DNA of 63,270 nucleotides, filler included, from Vannella sp. (GCA_023345925.1; 7 parts of 7 records of this genome joined end to end with filler, not necessarily neighbours in it), one strand, 5' to 3'. Shown: positions 44,518 to 59,626, counted from the whole stretch's first letter. Numbers and translations: made by a program. The notes: generated by a model not told the origin, from the sequence alone.

Positions 44518-45996
44518 ATGTCCAGTAGAGGAGGGAGGGTGCGGCAGTCGCGCTCCCGCAAACCAGAGGCGAAGCCGGTCCTCTCTAGGGCAGAGGAGGA
44601 CGTTCCTCGATCTGTGACTCGTGGTTCTATGGGGAATAGGCGTGGGGGAAAGGTAGCTATCGATGTGGCTCCCACAGACCTTCAACGGCAAGAAGGAGCC
44701 ACCAAGAAGTTTGAAGCTCACCGGCAGGAGGCCAAGGAGTCCATTCAGAAGCTTCTAGGCGAGATCGAAGTGTCTTCTTCAGATGAAGAGAGCGATCCCG
44801 TGGAGAGCGAAGCCTTCGCCGAGGAGAAGATCGCCCGCGGAGTGCCTTGTACTTGCGTTGTTTGTTTAGAGAAGGTGCGAGTGAAGGACTCGATCTGGCA
44901 GTGCGAGCAGTGCTTCTGTCAGCTTCACTTGCCCTGTACACAGAAGTGGGCTCGCAGCTGTTACAGCACTTCCGATGATGATCGAGGAAGCGGGCCTGCT
45001 GGCGAGGCGAACAGCTTCTGGGCGTGTCCCAAGTGTAGAATGCTCTATCCTCGCGACAACATACCTCGCAAGTACCTCTGCTTCTGTGGGAAGGAGGAGA
45101 ATCCGCCAGTCGATCACTGGATCCCCGCTCATTCGGTCAGTGTGAGAGGCGCGATAGAAGCATCTGACTAATCTTTGTTCTAGTGTGGTGATGTATGCCA
45201 TAAGGTGCTCAAACCTGAATGCGGACATCTATGCTCGAACCGGTGCCATCCGGGAGCGTGCCCACCTTGCCCCCAAGTCATTCAAGCGGACTGCTACTGT
45301 GAAAAGCAAACCACAGCAAGGAGATGCAACGACAGGAACTTCTCTTGCCTCTCCCCATGTGGCCAATTGCTACGTAGGAACTCTCTCTTCCTCCCTTTGC
45401 CAGAGTTAACGAACCAGAGCAGCTTGCGGCCAGCACCGATGTGAGGAAATATGTCACGAAGGAGAGTGTCCTCCTTGTCCTAGGACGAGACGAGCCAAGT
45501 GCCAATGCGGAGCGGAAGAAGCTTCCATTTTCTGTGCTCAAGGCGCTTTGCAATGCGAGCGAATGTGTGGAAAGCCTTTGAGTTGCGGGGCGCATTCCTG
45601 TTCTGTTATTTGCCATTCAGGGCCCTGTCCGGAATGTCCCTTGGAGGGACCAAGACCTTGCCATTGCGGGGGAATAACTGTGGATGATCTTGCCTGCACA
45701 GAGCCCAACCCTTCCTGTGGCGGAACTTGCCGCAAGCCTTTAGGTTGTTACGGAAAGCACTTTTGTCAGCAGCGGTGCCACCCTGGGGAATGCCAAAAGT
45801 GTCGCCAGTTGATTGTCAGTTCGTTGCTATCGAAGAGAGTTTGTCACTTACTTGGGAGTAGACAAAGCCGTGCCGATGTGGAGGAAGCAAGAAGCTTGTT
45901 CAGTGCTTCCAAGAGTTTCTTTGCGAGAAGAAGTGCCCGGCCATAAGGAATTGCCAAAGACATCCTTGTAAGCGCAAATGCTGTCAGGATGAATGC
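44518..45996 (+). CDS. NFXL1: NF-X1-type zinc finger protein (3' truncated)
   Basis: RING/PHD CVVC...WQCEQC...HLPC...WACPKC, YLCFCGK, repeated CGxHxCxxxCHxGxCxxC fingers. Start may be 44482. Confidence 0.88.
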
Positions 45997-46096
45997 NNNN
46001 NNNNNNNNNNNNNNNNNNNNNNNNNNNNNNNNNNNNNNNNTTAATTAATTAANNNNNNNNNNNNNNNNNNNNNNNNNNNNNNNNNNNNNNNNNNNN
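45997..46096. other. artificial contig linker
   Basis: 100-nt N run with TTAATTAATTAA. Confidence 0.98.
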
Positions 46097-49077
46097 ATGG
46101 ACGAGACCGAAGACAGGCAACAGGCCTTGCTTACTTGGGTGAGGGCTCCAGCTTGCTCTTTGGAGAGAAGCTGACAGAAGGGATGTAGTTGAATGCGTTT
46201 CCCAACCTCTCATGCAAAGCGCTGGGGCTGGGGGACTTGTACGACGGTGTTCAGCTTGGGGAGGTTCTTAGCCAACTGTAAGGGTGTCCCCCTCGCCTAT
46301 CCTTGCTCTCACACCTGCCTAATGAATACTCTTATCAACAGGATACCTGAGGACTTCAATGCAAAGCTTATCAAGCGAGACTTTGGCGACAACGCCATCA
46401 TTCGAACGAACAACCTGAAGCGCATCATCAGCGCTTCCCAGAGCTTCCTCAACAGCGTGAATGTTCGCTTTGCTGTATTCAAGCGTGTGGACCCCCAGGT
46501 TGTAGCCAACACGGCGGACGAACCCCTGATCGAGCTCCTCCTTCAAGCCGTCCTCGGTGTCTCAGTCCAGTGTCCTCGTAACGAGGAGTACATTGGCTTG
46601 ATCATGCAACTTCCTGAAGACTGTCAGAACCACCTGATGGTGATCATCAACAGCGTTCTGTACCCGACAGGAGAGAATGCTCAAGCCGCCTCCCACTCGA
46701 CTATGGTGCGTGCGGCGGCTGATGAAGCTGACCAGGCACTGGAAGAAGCTTCTGTCTTGTAAGTGGTATGGTGATAGAGGAGTCAGGGGCTGACCTGGCG
46801 GGGGATAGGGCCGCGCAGGTGATGGACCTTAAGAAGCGGGTCCAAGACCTCTCGAGTGAGCGCCGGGAGCTTACTGAGCAGTGCTCCCATCTTGAAGATG
46901 AAGTGGAGCTTGAGAGAGCGCAGAAGAAGGTTCTGAAGGCGGAACAGGACAAAATCATCAAGCAGGCGGGGGAACTTCAAGAAGAGCTGGAGAGGGCGGA
47001 GAAGCGCGAGCAGGAGCTACAGCGTACTATCCGAGTGCTTGAAACGACCATGCAAAACCGTGATACTGATGCGCGAGCGATCTCTGCTCAGTTGCAGGAG
47101 GAACTTGCGCAAAGGGAGGAGGAGTTGGGGCGCCTCAGGAGGCGAGTCCAGGACCTAGAGAAGGAAACAGCCGTCGTATTAGAGCTCCGTCAGCGAGTAG
47201 ACATCCTACTTGACGCCCAAGCAGAAGCTGAGCAAGACAAGAAGAGGCTGAACCGTCTTCGGGAGAAAATGGACGAATACCAGGACCTGAAAGCTCGCTT
47301 TAATGACTTAGAACAGAGCAACAACGCTACTGTGCGTGAGAATGCTGATCTGAGCACCCAGCTGCAGCAGCAAAAGCAGACAGTCCAATCCCTTTCCTCG
47401 TACAAGGAGCAATACGCAGAAGCAAGTGGGAATCTCATCCAGCTTGAGCTACAAGCATCCTCTCGTGAAAACCAACTGAGAGAAGTCGAGCAGCAGCTTC
47501 AGGAGCTCCAAGGCACTTCGGAATCCCTTCGCCAAACTGTCGAATCTCTTCGAGCCACAAATCGGGAGCTTTCAGGAGAGATTGAAGAGCTGAAAGGTAC
47601 TTTCCCACTCCGTCCTGCCTTTTAGTTGATGTCTTGAGGGTCTTACTTTGCCATTCAGAGGATATCGCTGTTAGAATGGAAAACGAAGTCAACTTTGGGC
47701 TTTTAGAGATTCTCACCCCCGAAATGTGTGTCCTGTCGAAGCTCTCCTTTACAAGAGTTTCCGTACTAACCATCTTGAAATAGAAAGGGGCAGATTGCGG
47801 TGCTGGAGGAGGAGAACAAGACTCTGAAGAGTAACTTGTCTGAAGTAGAACAAGCGCTGAGCACATCAAAGGGCGATCTGGAACGCTCCCAAAAGGTACT
47901 GTTTCTTGTGAAACTTTCTTGTGGTCTCTCACGCAACAAATAGAAGGAGAAATTGCTGCAAGATAAAGTGACAGCCTTGGAAGGGCAATTGTCTCTCACA
48001 CAAGAGGAATCTACTAATCTGCGAGCTACTCTGCGTGCCAATGAAGAGTCTCTACAGCGCTCTGCCTCTGAGCAGTCAGAACAAGCTCAGGCAGAAATTG
48101 CCGCGCTCACAAAAAGCTTATCCGAGGCTCAAAATGCCTTAGCTATCACCAAGAGCCAACTGGAGCAAGTCACAGTTGAAAAGGAGGGCGAGTCAAGGGG
48201 TGTTGTTGAATTGCAGCAGCAGTTTGCGAAAGAGGCTGAAGAGACTCGTGCCCAAGTCGAGTCAGTGCAAAACGATTTGTCCCAGGCACAGGAAGCTGTT
48301 GCAGAGAAGCACTCAGCGCTACTGCAAGTCACTCAGGAGAAGGAATCTCTTCAACAACTGCTCGATGAAGCAAGAGAACAACAACTGGCATTACTCCAAC
48401 AACACCAAGAAGAAATCGCCCAACTGCAGCTGGCGCAAGCGGAACTCATCCGCTCACATGAACTCTCTCAAAGCGCTGCAGCAGAAGAAACCTCCAAGGC
48501 TACGGCTGAGTTCCAGGAGCTTCTTAACTCACTTCAAACAGATTTGGAAGCGACTCAAACTGAATTAGCGAATGCCAAGGCACAGCCTCCTCCTCCTGAA
48601 GAACCAGAAATCGATTACGCTGCTCTTCAAGCTGATCTTGACTCTCTCACAAGACAATTCACTTCATTGGAAGAGCGCCACCGCCAGACAGAGTCAGAAC
48701 TCACCTCCGCCCGCTCAGCTTTGGAAACTGCTGAGATTGAGAATGAGCAACTCGCCTTGGCTCTGGAGTCTGAGGACCGCCCTGCTGTTGGTTCAAATGT
48801 CACCACTGAAGTGGTTCCCGCTTTTGATGTACGTTCCCGAAGAATCTGGACCTAAGAGAGACTGGCTGACTGACTGACATTGTTGCAGCTTGTGCCAGGA
48901 CAAGAAGATCCGCTGATTCTCTGTGACTATCTGAAAACCCAAGTGGATATGCTGAACAGCTCTTTAGCCGCTCTCGGCCTCCGTTATGGTGGAAGAGTGG
49001 CCATTACCTCATCAAACGCAATGGAGCGCCTTTCCCTCATGGCTCGAAAACGCAACGTCAGCGGGATCACTTATTAA
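46097..49077 (+). CDS. HOOK: Hook-family dynein adaptor (Hook domain + long coiled coil)
   Basis: LLTWLNAF, DLYDGVQL, NNLKRI, LLLQAVLGVSVQCPRNEEYIGLIMQL, LEILTPE, then long heptad repeats. Confidence 0.85.
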
Positions 49078-49161
49078 CCCGCTATCTTATCCGAATAGAT
49101 TCTACTTCCCTCTCTTCTGCCTTCCAGTCAAGAAGAAAGCGATGGCAAAGAACAAGTCCAT

Positions 49162-51441
<2,280 letters not shown>

Positions 51442-51521
51442 GGGAGAGGGAGGAGAAGAAGTGGGCGATGGGGAGAGGAATTTAGCATGTTATTAGCACA
51501 AAGATGCCGGCAATGGTGTCT

Positions 51522-52763
51522 TTAGAGCTTCCACAAGACAAGTTTGCCGTCGAGTCCGGTGGTGGACAAGCTAGTGAAGTTGCCAGCAGCTCCAGAGCAG
51601 CCTTGGATGGAGTTGACGTAGTTCTGGTGCTTGGTGTTCAGCTTGCTTTGGACGGTGGTCTCTCCAGTCTTATCCTTAGTTTGGAACATGTTGAAGGCAG
51701 CGCGAGTGCCGGTGCTCTGTTGAGTGGCAGTGGCCTTTTGCTCGTCGAGGTTTCGGCCGACAGACCAGGCTGCGCCTTCCTTAACGAAAGAGCGGGGGAA
51801 GTTGTTGTGGCCAGCACCAACAAGTGTGTTCTCGTTGACCCAAACAAGATCGCACAGAGGGAGCTCCTGAAGCTTCAGGACAGTGGGCTCACCAGAGTAG
51901 GTGTCCATGATGGTCACAGTGGAGTCGTGGCCTGAAGGATGGTAAGAATCTTTCAAGTTATGCATGCGACGACGCCCATGACAGCCAACTATACTTACTG
52001 CAGAAGGCCAAGAAGTTGCCAGAAGGTGACCACTTGACGGCGTGAACCCAACCGTTTGCGGGGTAAGTCGCGAAGAGCTCGCCGAAGGGCAGGCGGCTTC
52101 CGTAAGCGGTATCTCCGGGCTTCTTGTCAACACCTCGCACGAAGGCGGAGACAACACGAGCAGATCCGTCTGTGGAGCAAGTGGCCAGAAGGACATTGTT
52201 CGGGTGCCAGTCAACCTTGGTGACAGTGGAATCGTGCTTCTTCAAGTGCTTGCTGACCCACCAGTCGTTATCCTTCTCGAAGTAGCAAATAGCCACGAGG
52301 TGAGCGCCAGAGGCGACAGCGAACTTGTCCTCTGCAAGAGCGTAAGTTCTGGTGCCTTACGCAAAATAGAATAAAAAGAGAGCAACAAGGTAGCTCACCA
52401 GCAGGGCTCCACTTGACGTCGGTAGCAGCGCGGTTGATGCGGAGGATTACGAGAGTTGGCTTCCAGGTTCCTTCCTCGTACTTCCACACATACGCGTTTC
52501 TGTCCTGGCCACAAGTGACGATGCGGTTGCTCTTGGGGGCCCAGTCGATGCCGGTAACAAGCTGGTCGTGCTAAAGGAGGATGAGTCTCATGTCCTCGCT
52601 ACAACTAAAATCGGCTTGTAGATCCCCACCTCCTCAAGAGTCTGCTCCTCTTCGAACTCAGCACCGTTCTTTTTGTAAATGACGACAGTGGTGCCATTTG
52701 GGCAGATGGCCACCTCTGGTCACGAACAAGCGTGAGTCTCCCTGATTCTTAACTACTAAGAAC
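51522..52763 (-). CDS. ARPC1: Arp2/3 complex subunit 1 (p41, WD40), 5' truncated
   Basis: [46 protein letters not shown]. Confidence 0.95.
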
Positions 52764-52863
52764 NNNNNNNNNNNNNNNNNNNNNNNNNNNNNNNNNNNNN
52801 NNNNNNNTTAATTAATTAANNNNNNNNNNNNNNNNNNNNNNNNNNNNNNNNNNNNNNNNNNNN
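52764..52863. other. artificial contig linker
   Basis: 100-nt N run with TTAATTAATTAA. Confidence 0.98.
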
Positions 52864-53766
52864 ACCTTGATACCAGAAAAGATCAATCCGGATATCATCA
52901 CTCTACTCGACGTGTTCCCTCGAATAGTAATTCCTTCATCCAGATAACGAGGATTGAAAGTGCAATTCTGGAGAGCAACAGAAGAGGACTTTTCGAAAGA
53001 GAATAGCCTGGAGGCACTGTCTTCGTCAACAGTCATTTTCTCTAATTCTATGACATCTACGGCACTTGTTCTGACCATATGCGCAGAAATAACACTTGCA
53101 ACGGAAATAGAACTTATGCTCAGCCTTTGGATCGTTTCTACATCGATCAGAGTCTTCGCTCGTAGATCATCAAACCGGAAGTCTTGAAGCTCTAGCTGTG
53201 CTCGGCCTAACCCCTTTTGATCAGAAATGGACTCCACCTTCACTACCCCAGAGTGAAAACTTACTTTCCTTTGGAGAAAAGAGAACCACACTTTGCATGA
53301 GCACCTTTTGAGTTCCCGAAGAGACGTGAAATCCGGAGATTCTCATGGAAACGCTCTCTGAAATGCCTTCATCAAAGTGGAACAGTGAATCAAATTTGCT
53401 ACTGATGAGCACAGATATCTTGGTTAACTCAGACCCACTGGAGGAGCTGAGCATAGTCAGTCATTTCGGGTGTCTTCCATAGAAGCAAGCTCACAGGATT
53501 GAGAGAGGACAAGGTATCAAGATGCCTGAATGAGCAACATATTCTCCTTTCTCCACATGCACCACTGTGCTGTTGAGCGTCTCCACAGTCTGTTGAGCGC
53601 AAGCAGTTCGCACTCCATCCTCTATCGTCCCGCAAGGCGCCGATATACCCCCACATGAAGAGTTCGCCCAAGTAGAGCTTGCAGACACATACACATCCAA
53701 TCCGCTCACCCCAGCAACAGCCCAAATGAGGACGAACAAACCGGCCAACTGACAGCGCCACCCCAT
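52864..53766 (-). CDS. secreted/surface beta-helix (pectin-lyase-fold-like) protein, 3' truncated
   Basis: Signal peptide then VYVS...CG...PCGTI...G...VHVEKGEY, typical of beta-helix N-caps; two introns restore the frame. Confidence 0.65.
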
Positions 53767-53867
53767 CCTTCCCAGCACAGCCCAAAGAAATGACCCAGTT
53801 GCTTACGAAAGGGGTTTGAATGGAATTTAATGCATTTAAAGAATAAGCGAGTTTCGGTCATTTGTTG

Positions 53868-55045
53868 ATGAACCAGTTCTCAGACGCGGACGTGGGTTTG
53901 CGTAATGACCCTTTGTTTAACCCTCGTTATGAGGAGCAGTTTGTACTGCGGCTTCCACAGCATCTTGCTGATAAGATGTCGGATCCTGAGGTGGCTGAAT
54001 CAGTGGAGTTCTGCTGGTCTGGTGAGTGGTTGTGTCGTCTCGCTTTGGGCGAGGCTCACGCATGGGCGGGGCAGACCAACGAAGAGGTGTTATGATTGTT
54101 GGTGGAGAGAGGCACTCCATGTTCTTGGCTGACCTTCCCTGCCCCATTGAGACGCACAAGACCCTCGACCGAACAGAGTACTTCAAAACGGGCGACATTG
54201 GCCAGATCATTCTCGTGGGCCTCTCTTCCAAACGAGAAGCAGCTCTTGCAGACCAAGGATACCGTTTCCCTTCAGGAATCACGCCACCAGCCCACGACGT
54301 GAAGAGGAGAGTATGGGCGGACAGAGAGCCGGAGAACCTCAAAGATGCGGAGATTGAAGCGATCCGCTTGACAAAGGGTGGAATAGCTAGCGATGTGACG
54401 TTAGAGATCGTCAATCCAGAGCAAGTCCGACACTTGGAGGAGTTTACGGAGGAGATCGTTGACGACGGTCCTTCAGCACCAGGTAGCCCTCTGGCTAGTG
54501 AAGCAACAAAGCGCCAGCGAGATTCTGCATCAGAGAATGGGAGTGAACCTCCCAAGAAGCGTCGAAAGAAGCCCGAAGACGGAGCCGAGAAGCCAAAACG
54601 CGCTCGTAAACCATCAGGAACAGGTGAGGAGAAGCCTAAACGATCACGAAAGAAGAAAGAAACTGTGGTAGTTGCAGAACCAGCCCCTTCTATCCGTATC
54701 GTGATGAAGCCACCCTCCCAAGCTATAGATGGCGGCTCCAGCTCTGATACATTCTCTGCAACCAGTCACATCTCGTCATCTTCGCTCCGTGGAGAGTCTA
54801 GTGAACCAAAAAGCCCCCCAACTGATCATTCCGCCCGAAGAGAACAGATCCTCCGAGAACGGGGCGCTGCAGAGGCGTCGATCACTTCATTGACACAAAC
54901 GAATGAAAAGACCCGAGCCAATCCTTCCTCAAACCCAATCATACAACAAAGGCACCGCCAGCTCATCGACCAGAACGAGTCCCTCATCCAGTCCACCCGC
55001 GAGACGATTCTCCGTCTCGAAGAAGAGCTTGAAACGCTTCCTTGA
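53868..55045 (+). CDS. TAF7: TFIID subunit 7
   Basis: EEQFVLRLP, LADLPCPIETHKTLD, FKTGDIGQII, SGITPP, C-terminal coiled coil. Confidence 0.92.
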
Positions 55046-55057
55046 GTGACTAAAGAG

Positions 55058-56041
55058 CTATATTGAGTGTCTACGATAGATGTCAATGATCTCTGGGATG
55101 TGTGGCCAGTGCAAAAGGGGAATCGTCCCGACATGCTTCCATTCTCGCTGATCAGGAACGTCATGCGCGCTCTCTGTACCATCAAAGCTTGGTCTTCCCT
55201 ATCGTAGAAGTGAGTGGTAGCTAGGGAGAGCCAGTCCAATGCTCACATTCTTCTCTCCAATGACCAAGACAAGATCACCCTTCCAATGCTTGTAACCAGG
55301 GTAACACCGCGGCCAGCAGAACAGCAGAGCGTGATCATCAAAGCTCTGTTCAGCCAGCATCTTGTTAGCGTCTGCAGTGACCACTGGAAAGTGATCGATC
55401 GCGAGACGATCAGACACATCATCGCATGCGACCACCTCACAGCCTGCCAAGGACAAGAGCTGGGCCCAATAACCTGTGCCTGCTCCAACTTCGAACACTC
55501 GAGGCGCCAGCTCAGCCAATTGCCTCAAAACGGGGGCAGTGGGGATGGCGTAAGCATACTTTCGCATGAAAGCTTGCCTTAGCACGAGGAGCACGCCCAA
55601 GTGGAAGTCAACAAAGAGGACTGTCTCTACGAACCACTCCAGGTACTCATTGGCGATCTCGTAGTCCACCACTTGAGGGAGATGCTGCGCCTGTTCCAGA
55701 ATGAGGATAAGCAGGGCAATTACACCTCATACCACACGATCTCGGAGCTCCTGGAGGCTTAGTTCTGATCCTCCTTCATGTGGAATACCACAAACAGTAG
55801 AAAGATGCTCTAACCAAGAGCGTTGACGCGCTTCCTCAAAGGGCAACGAGAACAACCTCTTTTCCTCCTCAGCAAACGAAGAACGCGGGATCTCTCTCAG
55901 CAACCACTGCACATGTGCCGGCAGATCATCGTACACAACACTACTCCAATCAATAAACTCCCCGTACTGATGAATGAGGCCCTTCAAGAAGCCGACCACT
56001 CGAGCCTGTCGACCCGCTTCCCACGCCAATCTCCCCAACAT
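55058..56041 (-). CDS. class I SAM-dependent methyltransferase-like protein
   Basis: YAYAIP, EVGAGTGYWA, LLFCWP; two introns; stop TAG at 55058-55060. Confidence 0.75.
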
Positions 56042-56127
56042 GATGAAATGGCCCTAAATTCAAAAGTTCCCATTCATCAGTGGCGTAAATTAATGGGTGG
56101 CGGCTATAAAGGGCACTTTTTGTCCGG

Positions 56128-57573
56128 ATGCTTCGGCGGTCGGAAGAGACCCACGAAGTTGCTAAGCGATCTGCATCAGGTCCAACACAGTTGAATCATG
56201 ACACTGAGAGTTCGATGGAGATGGTGAAGGCTGCAACGCGGCACGCGAGTTTGTCGACAGACATGTTTTCGTTATCCTTGGAGGACAAGAAGGCCAATGA
56301 TGCTACGTATCTGGCGCATGTGGGTGCCTTTCGCTGCATGACAAGCTCTTTCTAACAGGACGTGTAGTTCTTGTGCAGTAGCCCGACTGCAACCAAGGCT
56401 CTCATGTCCATCTTCATTGAACGTAATGACGAGGAGCTTCCTCTCTCTCTCACTTGGATCTTCTCCGTGGAAGGCGTTGGCAATCGGATCCTCCGCTTTT
56501 GCATTGAGAGCGAGATAGCCCACATCAGTAGGAGCCTGCTTCCCCTTCATGACTTTCCTTTCTTTCTCACCAACGGCCAGACGATCACACACTCCTCCTA
56601 CGTGAAGAGAACGCTTATGTACGTGTCATCAGTACGTATATGCAGCTAGAGGGCTACAACTACATCAAAAGCGTCGTGGGAAAGGTTGTCAAGAAGATTG
56701 CCGCACCAAAGACCGGTTCTTTGGAGGTTAGCCAGCGCCTTGGTCCCTTCTTCACTGCCTCTAACTCTCCTCCAGATAGACTCCGGAAAGGTCGCTACCC
56801 CTGAAGAACTCCAGCAGAACCGCGTGGCCTTACGGAAGATGTGCAAGGAGATGATGGACATCTTCTTCAAGAGCGCCAGCGAAGTATCCGCGTCAGTCCT
56901 TTCCTCCTTTCTCTCTTGTAGGGCGCTCCCTGACGGTACATAGGACCATGCGCGATGTACTTCTCCTGGCGTACACAAGCGCGAAGCAAAAGTTCTCGGA
57001 AAGCTCTTACAAAGTGATGGGAAGTTGTTTGTTCTTGCGCTTTGTGGTTCCCAACATGGTCCAGCCTGAGAAGTACGGATTGCTCAAGGATGTGACCAAG
57101 GAGACACGTCGCAACATCATCCTTTGCAGCAAAGTGCTTCAGTTGATTGCCAACGAAGTAGAACCAACGGACAAGGAGATGTATATGGTCGAGGCTGACC
57201 TCGGCCCCTTCGTTTTGGGATATATCAAGAAGCTGCACAAGTTCTATGAGAAGCTCCTCGTATGTGTGTTCTTCTTTCAGCGCTTTCCTCATATTCGATG
57301 GCGCAGAAAACCAAAGGGGCCAAGAGAGTGAACAACTATATTGTCAGTCTACCTTCGGGGGAGTTATCTGAAATTTTCGTGGAAGGTCACTTGCAGAAGG
57401 TGTTCACTTTCATTCAAGCAGAGTTCAACGTGGTGTGTGAAGCCATTGAAGCGAAGAGCAAATCCCATGAAGAAAGTAGCTCTTGCATTGCCGGCCTCAA
57501 TGGAGCGATGGTCGATAGCATCCGCAAACGCACCAAAGCCTCTTCCCCGACTGTTTTCGAGTCTCTCATGTAA
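56128..57573 (+). CDS. small RasGAP-domain protein
   Basis: LFLRFVVPNMVQPEKYGLL, RRNIILCSKVLQLIAN; multi-exon. Confidence 0.85.
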
Positions 57574-57765
57574 ACGAGAGCGCCTGTATTATACAACTAA
57601 GTCTAATGTCCTTCTCGTCCAACACAAAAGTGCCACTGAAAAGGGGAAGCGGCCAATCATGTCACTTCCCTCACCGTTCCCTTCCCTTCTTGGGGAAGCT
57701 TCTGGACCATAATGGAGGTGCGACTCGAAAGGAAAGGGTTCTTATAGCTGTGCTGGGTCTGTTGC

Positions 57766-57810
57766 ATGAGGATTGTGAAAGAGACCTTCATTCAGCGACT
57801 CCCCTCGTAA
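57766..57810 (+). promoter_or_regulatory. Pro-Ser-stop uORF (MRIVKETFIQRLPS*) upstream of SAM decarboxylase
   Basis: ATG AGG ATT GTG AAA GAG ACC TTC ATT CAG CGA CTC CCC TCG TAA within the ~620-nt interval before AMD1. Confidence 0.6.
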
Positions 57811-58194
57811 CATCTTTCAAAATACAACCGAAGACTGTCACATCCTTTTTCTCCAGCCCTCAACTGATACCACGATCATATTGATAGCACAGACTCAACT
57901 ACGAACACACCGATACTTCCGGGCCAATCCTTTGGCTGTTCTCTTCCCAAAAGAGTCTGAGAACCTCCGAAAAGCTGGCGACTTCCCGACTGGTCACTGA
58001 TCTGTCAGATCCTGTTTCCTTTCTTAATGAGCGCGATATTTCCATTCCTTGGATAAGAATGAATCGCCAGAGAGCCATTATTTGACCTTTCAGGGTCTGC
58101 TCGGTGTTGCTCGCAAGTGCATGCTCGGAAAGAGACGGATCTCTTCGCTGACAACCGATCCCACTCTCTGAAAGAGCTATACTTGATCCCAAGC

Positions 58195-59312
58195 ATGTGA
58201 GTGAATGGGTCCTTATGGCTTCCTGGTCTCACATGCAAGAGGAAAGGAAAGAACAGGAATCCGCCTTAACATCGGCCCGCGACTATTTCTTCGAAGGAGC
58301 GGAGAAGCGACTTGAGATCGACTTCCTGGAGACGGCAAACAGCTACAAGAAAGGTATGCTGGCCGTCTCTCGAGCGCAGTGGGAGATTCTCCTCGCCAGC
58401 GTCAATTGTTTGATCCTCAGCAGCACGATTTGTGAAGACTGCCACTCCTTTGTACTCTCAGAGTCTAGTCTCTTCGTATTCCCGCTCAAGGTCCTCATCA
58501 AAACCTGCGGGAACACCACTTTGTTGGAGTGCCTCGACCTCCTCCTGAAATACTCGCTCGAAGCGAACCTCAAGGTGGACTACGTCACCTACTCGCATCG
58601 CTCCTTCGTCCGCCCACACCTACAGCAACGAGCGTATCGTTCTTTCGAGTCTGAAGTGAGTTATGTTCAGACTGTATCCGCCTTTCCTCATTTGAACCAG
58701 ATCGAGGAGCTTAACAGGCACTTTGATGGCAATGGCTTCACCTTAGGACCATTGAATGGTGAAAGGTGGTTCATCTACGTGGCAGACTTGACCCAATGCC
58801 CCAGCAACAAGGAAGAAGTCGAACAAACGATCGAGATCATGATGTCGTGCTTGGACCGCAAGATCATGGCTCAATTCTATAAGGGAGAGACTAACAGCAA
58901 CGTTTCAGACACCTCTGGCATTGCTGCGCTCATTCCTGGCTCACTAATCGATGATCATGTGTTCGAACCTTGTGGTTACAGCATGAACGGGTTGAAGGGG
59001 CGCTATTATTCAACCGTCCATATCACTCCTCAGCCAGAATTCAGCTATGTCAGCTTCGAGAGCAACCTCCCGATGTCTTCGTACGACGACCTCATTCGCC
59101 GCGTGTTGAACACCTTCAAGCCAGGCTGCTGCATTATCTCTGTGTTTGCAGACTCAGAGGCTCCCTGTGGTGATGCAAACAAGTCATACGACGCCCTGTT
59201 CCCCGGCTATTCGCGAACATTCGCGAATACTTGCGAGTTTGTTGGTCGGCGCAGCGTGACCTGCTCCCACTACGTCTCCAGTGCACGTTCGACACAGAAA
59301 CACCCCTCATGA
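58195..59312 (+). CDS. AMD1: S-adenosylmethionine decarboxylase proenzyme
   Basis: FFEGAEKRLEI, autocleavage VLSESSLFV, IKTCG, FEPCGYSMNG, TVHITPQPEFSYVSFE. Start codon ambiguous (58195 split by an intron, or 58215/58233). Confidence 0.96.
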
Positions 59313-59626
59313 TCAAACAGACCTCCTTGTAGGTGTAATATACTTCAAACCCATAATCCCAGAGGTCCCGCTGGTGCATTTCCCCTCCCGATCACCGCCG
59401 TTCTCATCACAACTACACGTGCCTGCAACTGATCCTGACCACGGCATGGACAGACATCATATTTGAGGGACGGAGATTGAAGAGAGATTAAGCTTTAGCG
59501 TTGACGCAGCTCCATCGCGGCATCGTCACGAATCTCCCAACAAACCACTCCAAAGCATCTTCTTGAGTCCACTTGGACAGCCAGGAACAGGATTTTAGAG
59601 GAGAAAGGTGCCAGCTAAGGCTTTGA

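Noticed and set aside
53207..53291. Apparent frameshift in the beta-helix gene
   Set aside because: Resolved by a canonical GTAAGT...CTGAT...TTAG intron.
58255..58272. Antizyme-like +1 frameshift at CCT-TAA into AMD1
   Set aside because: The AMD1 frame is -1/+2 relative to that uORF, and an in-frame splice acceptor exists.
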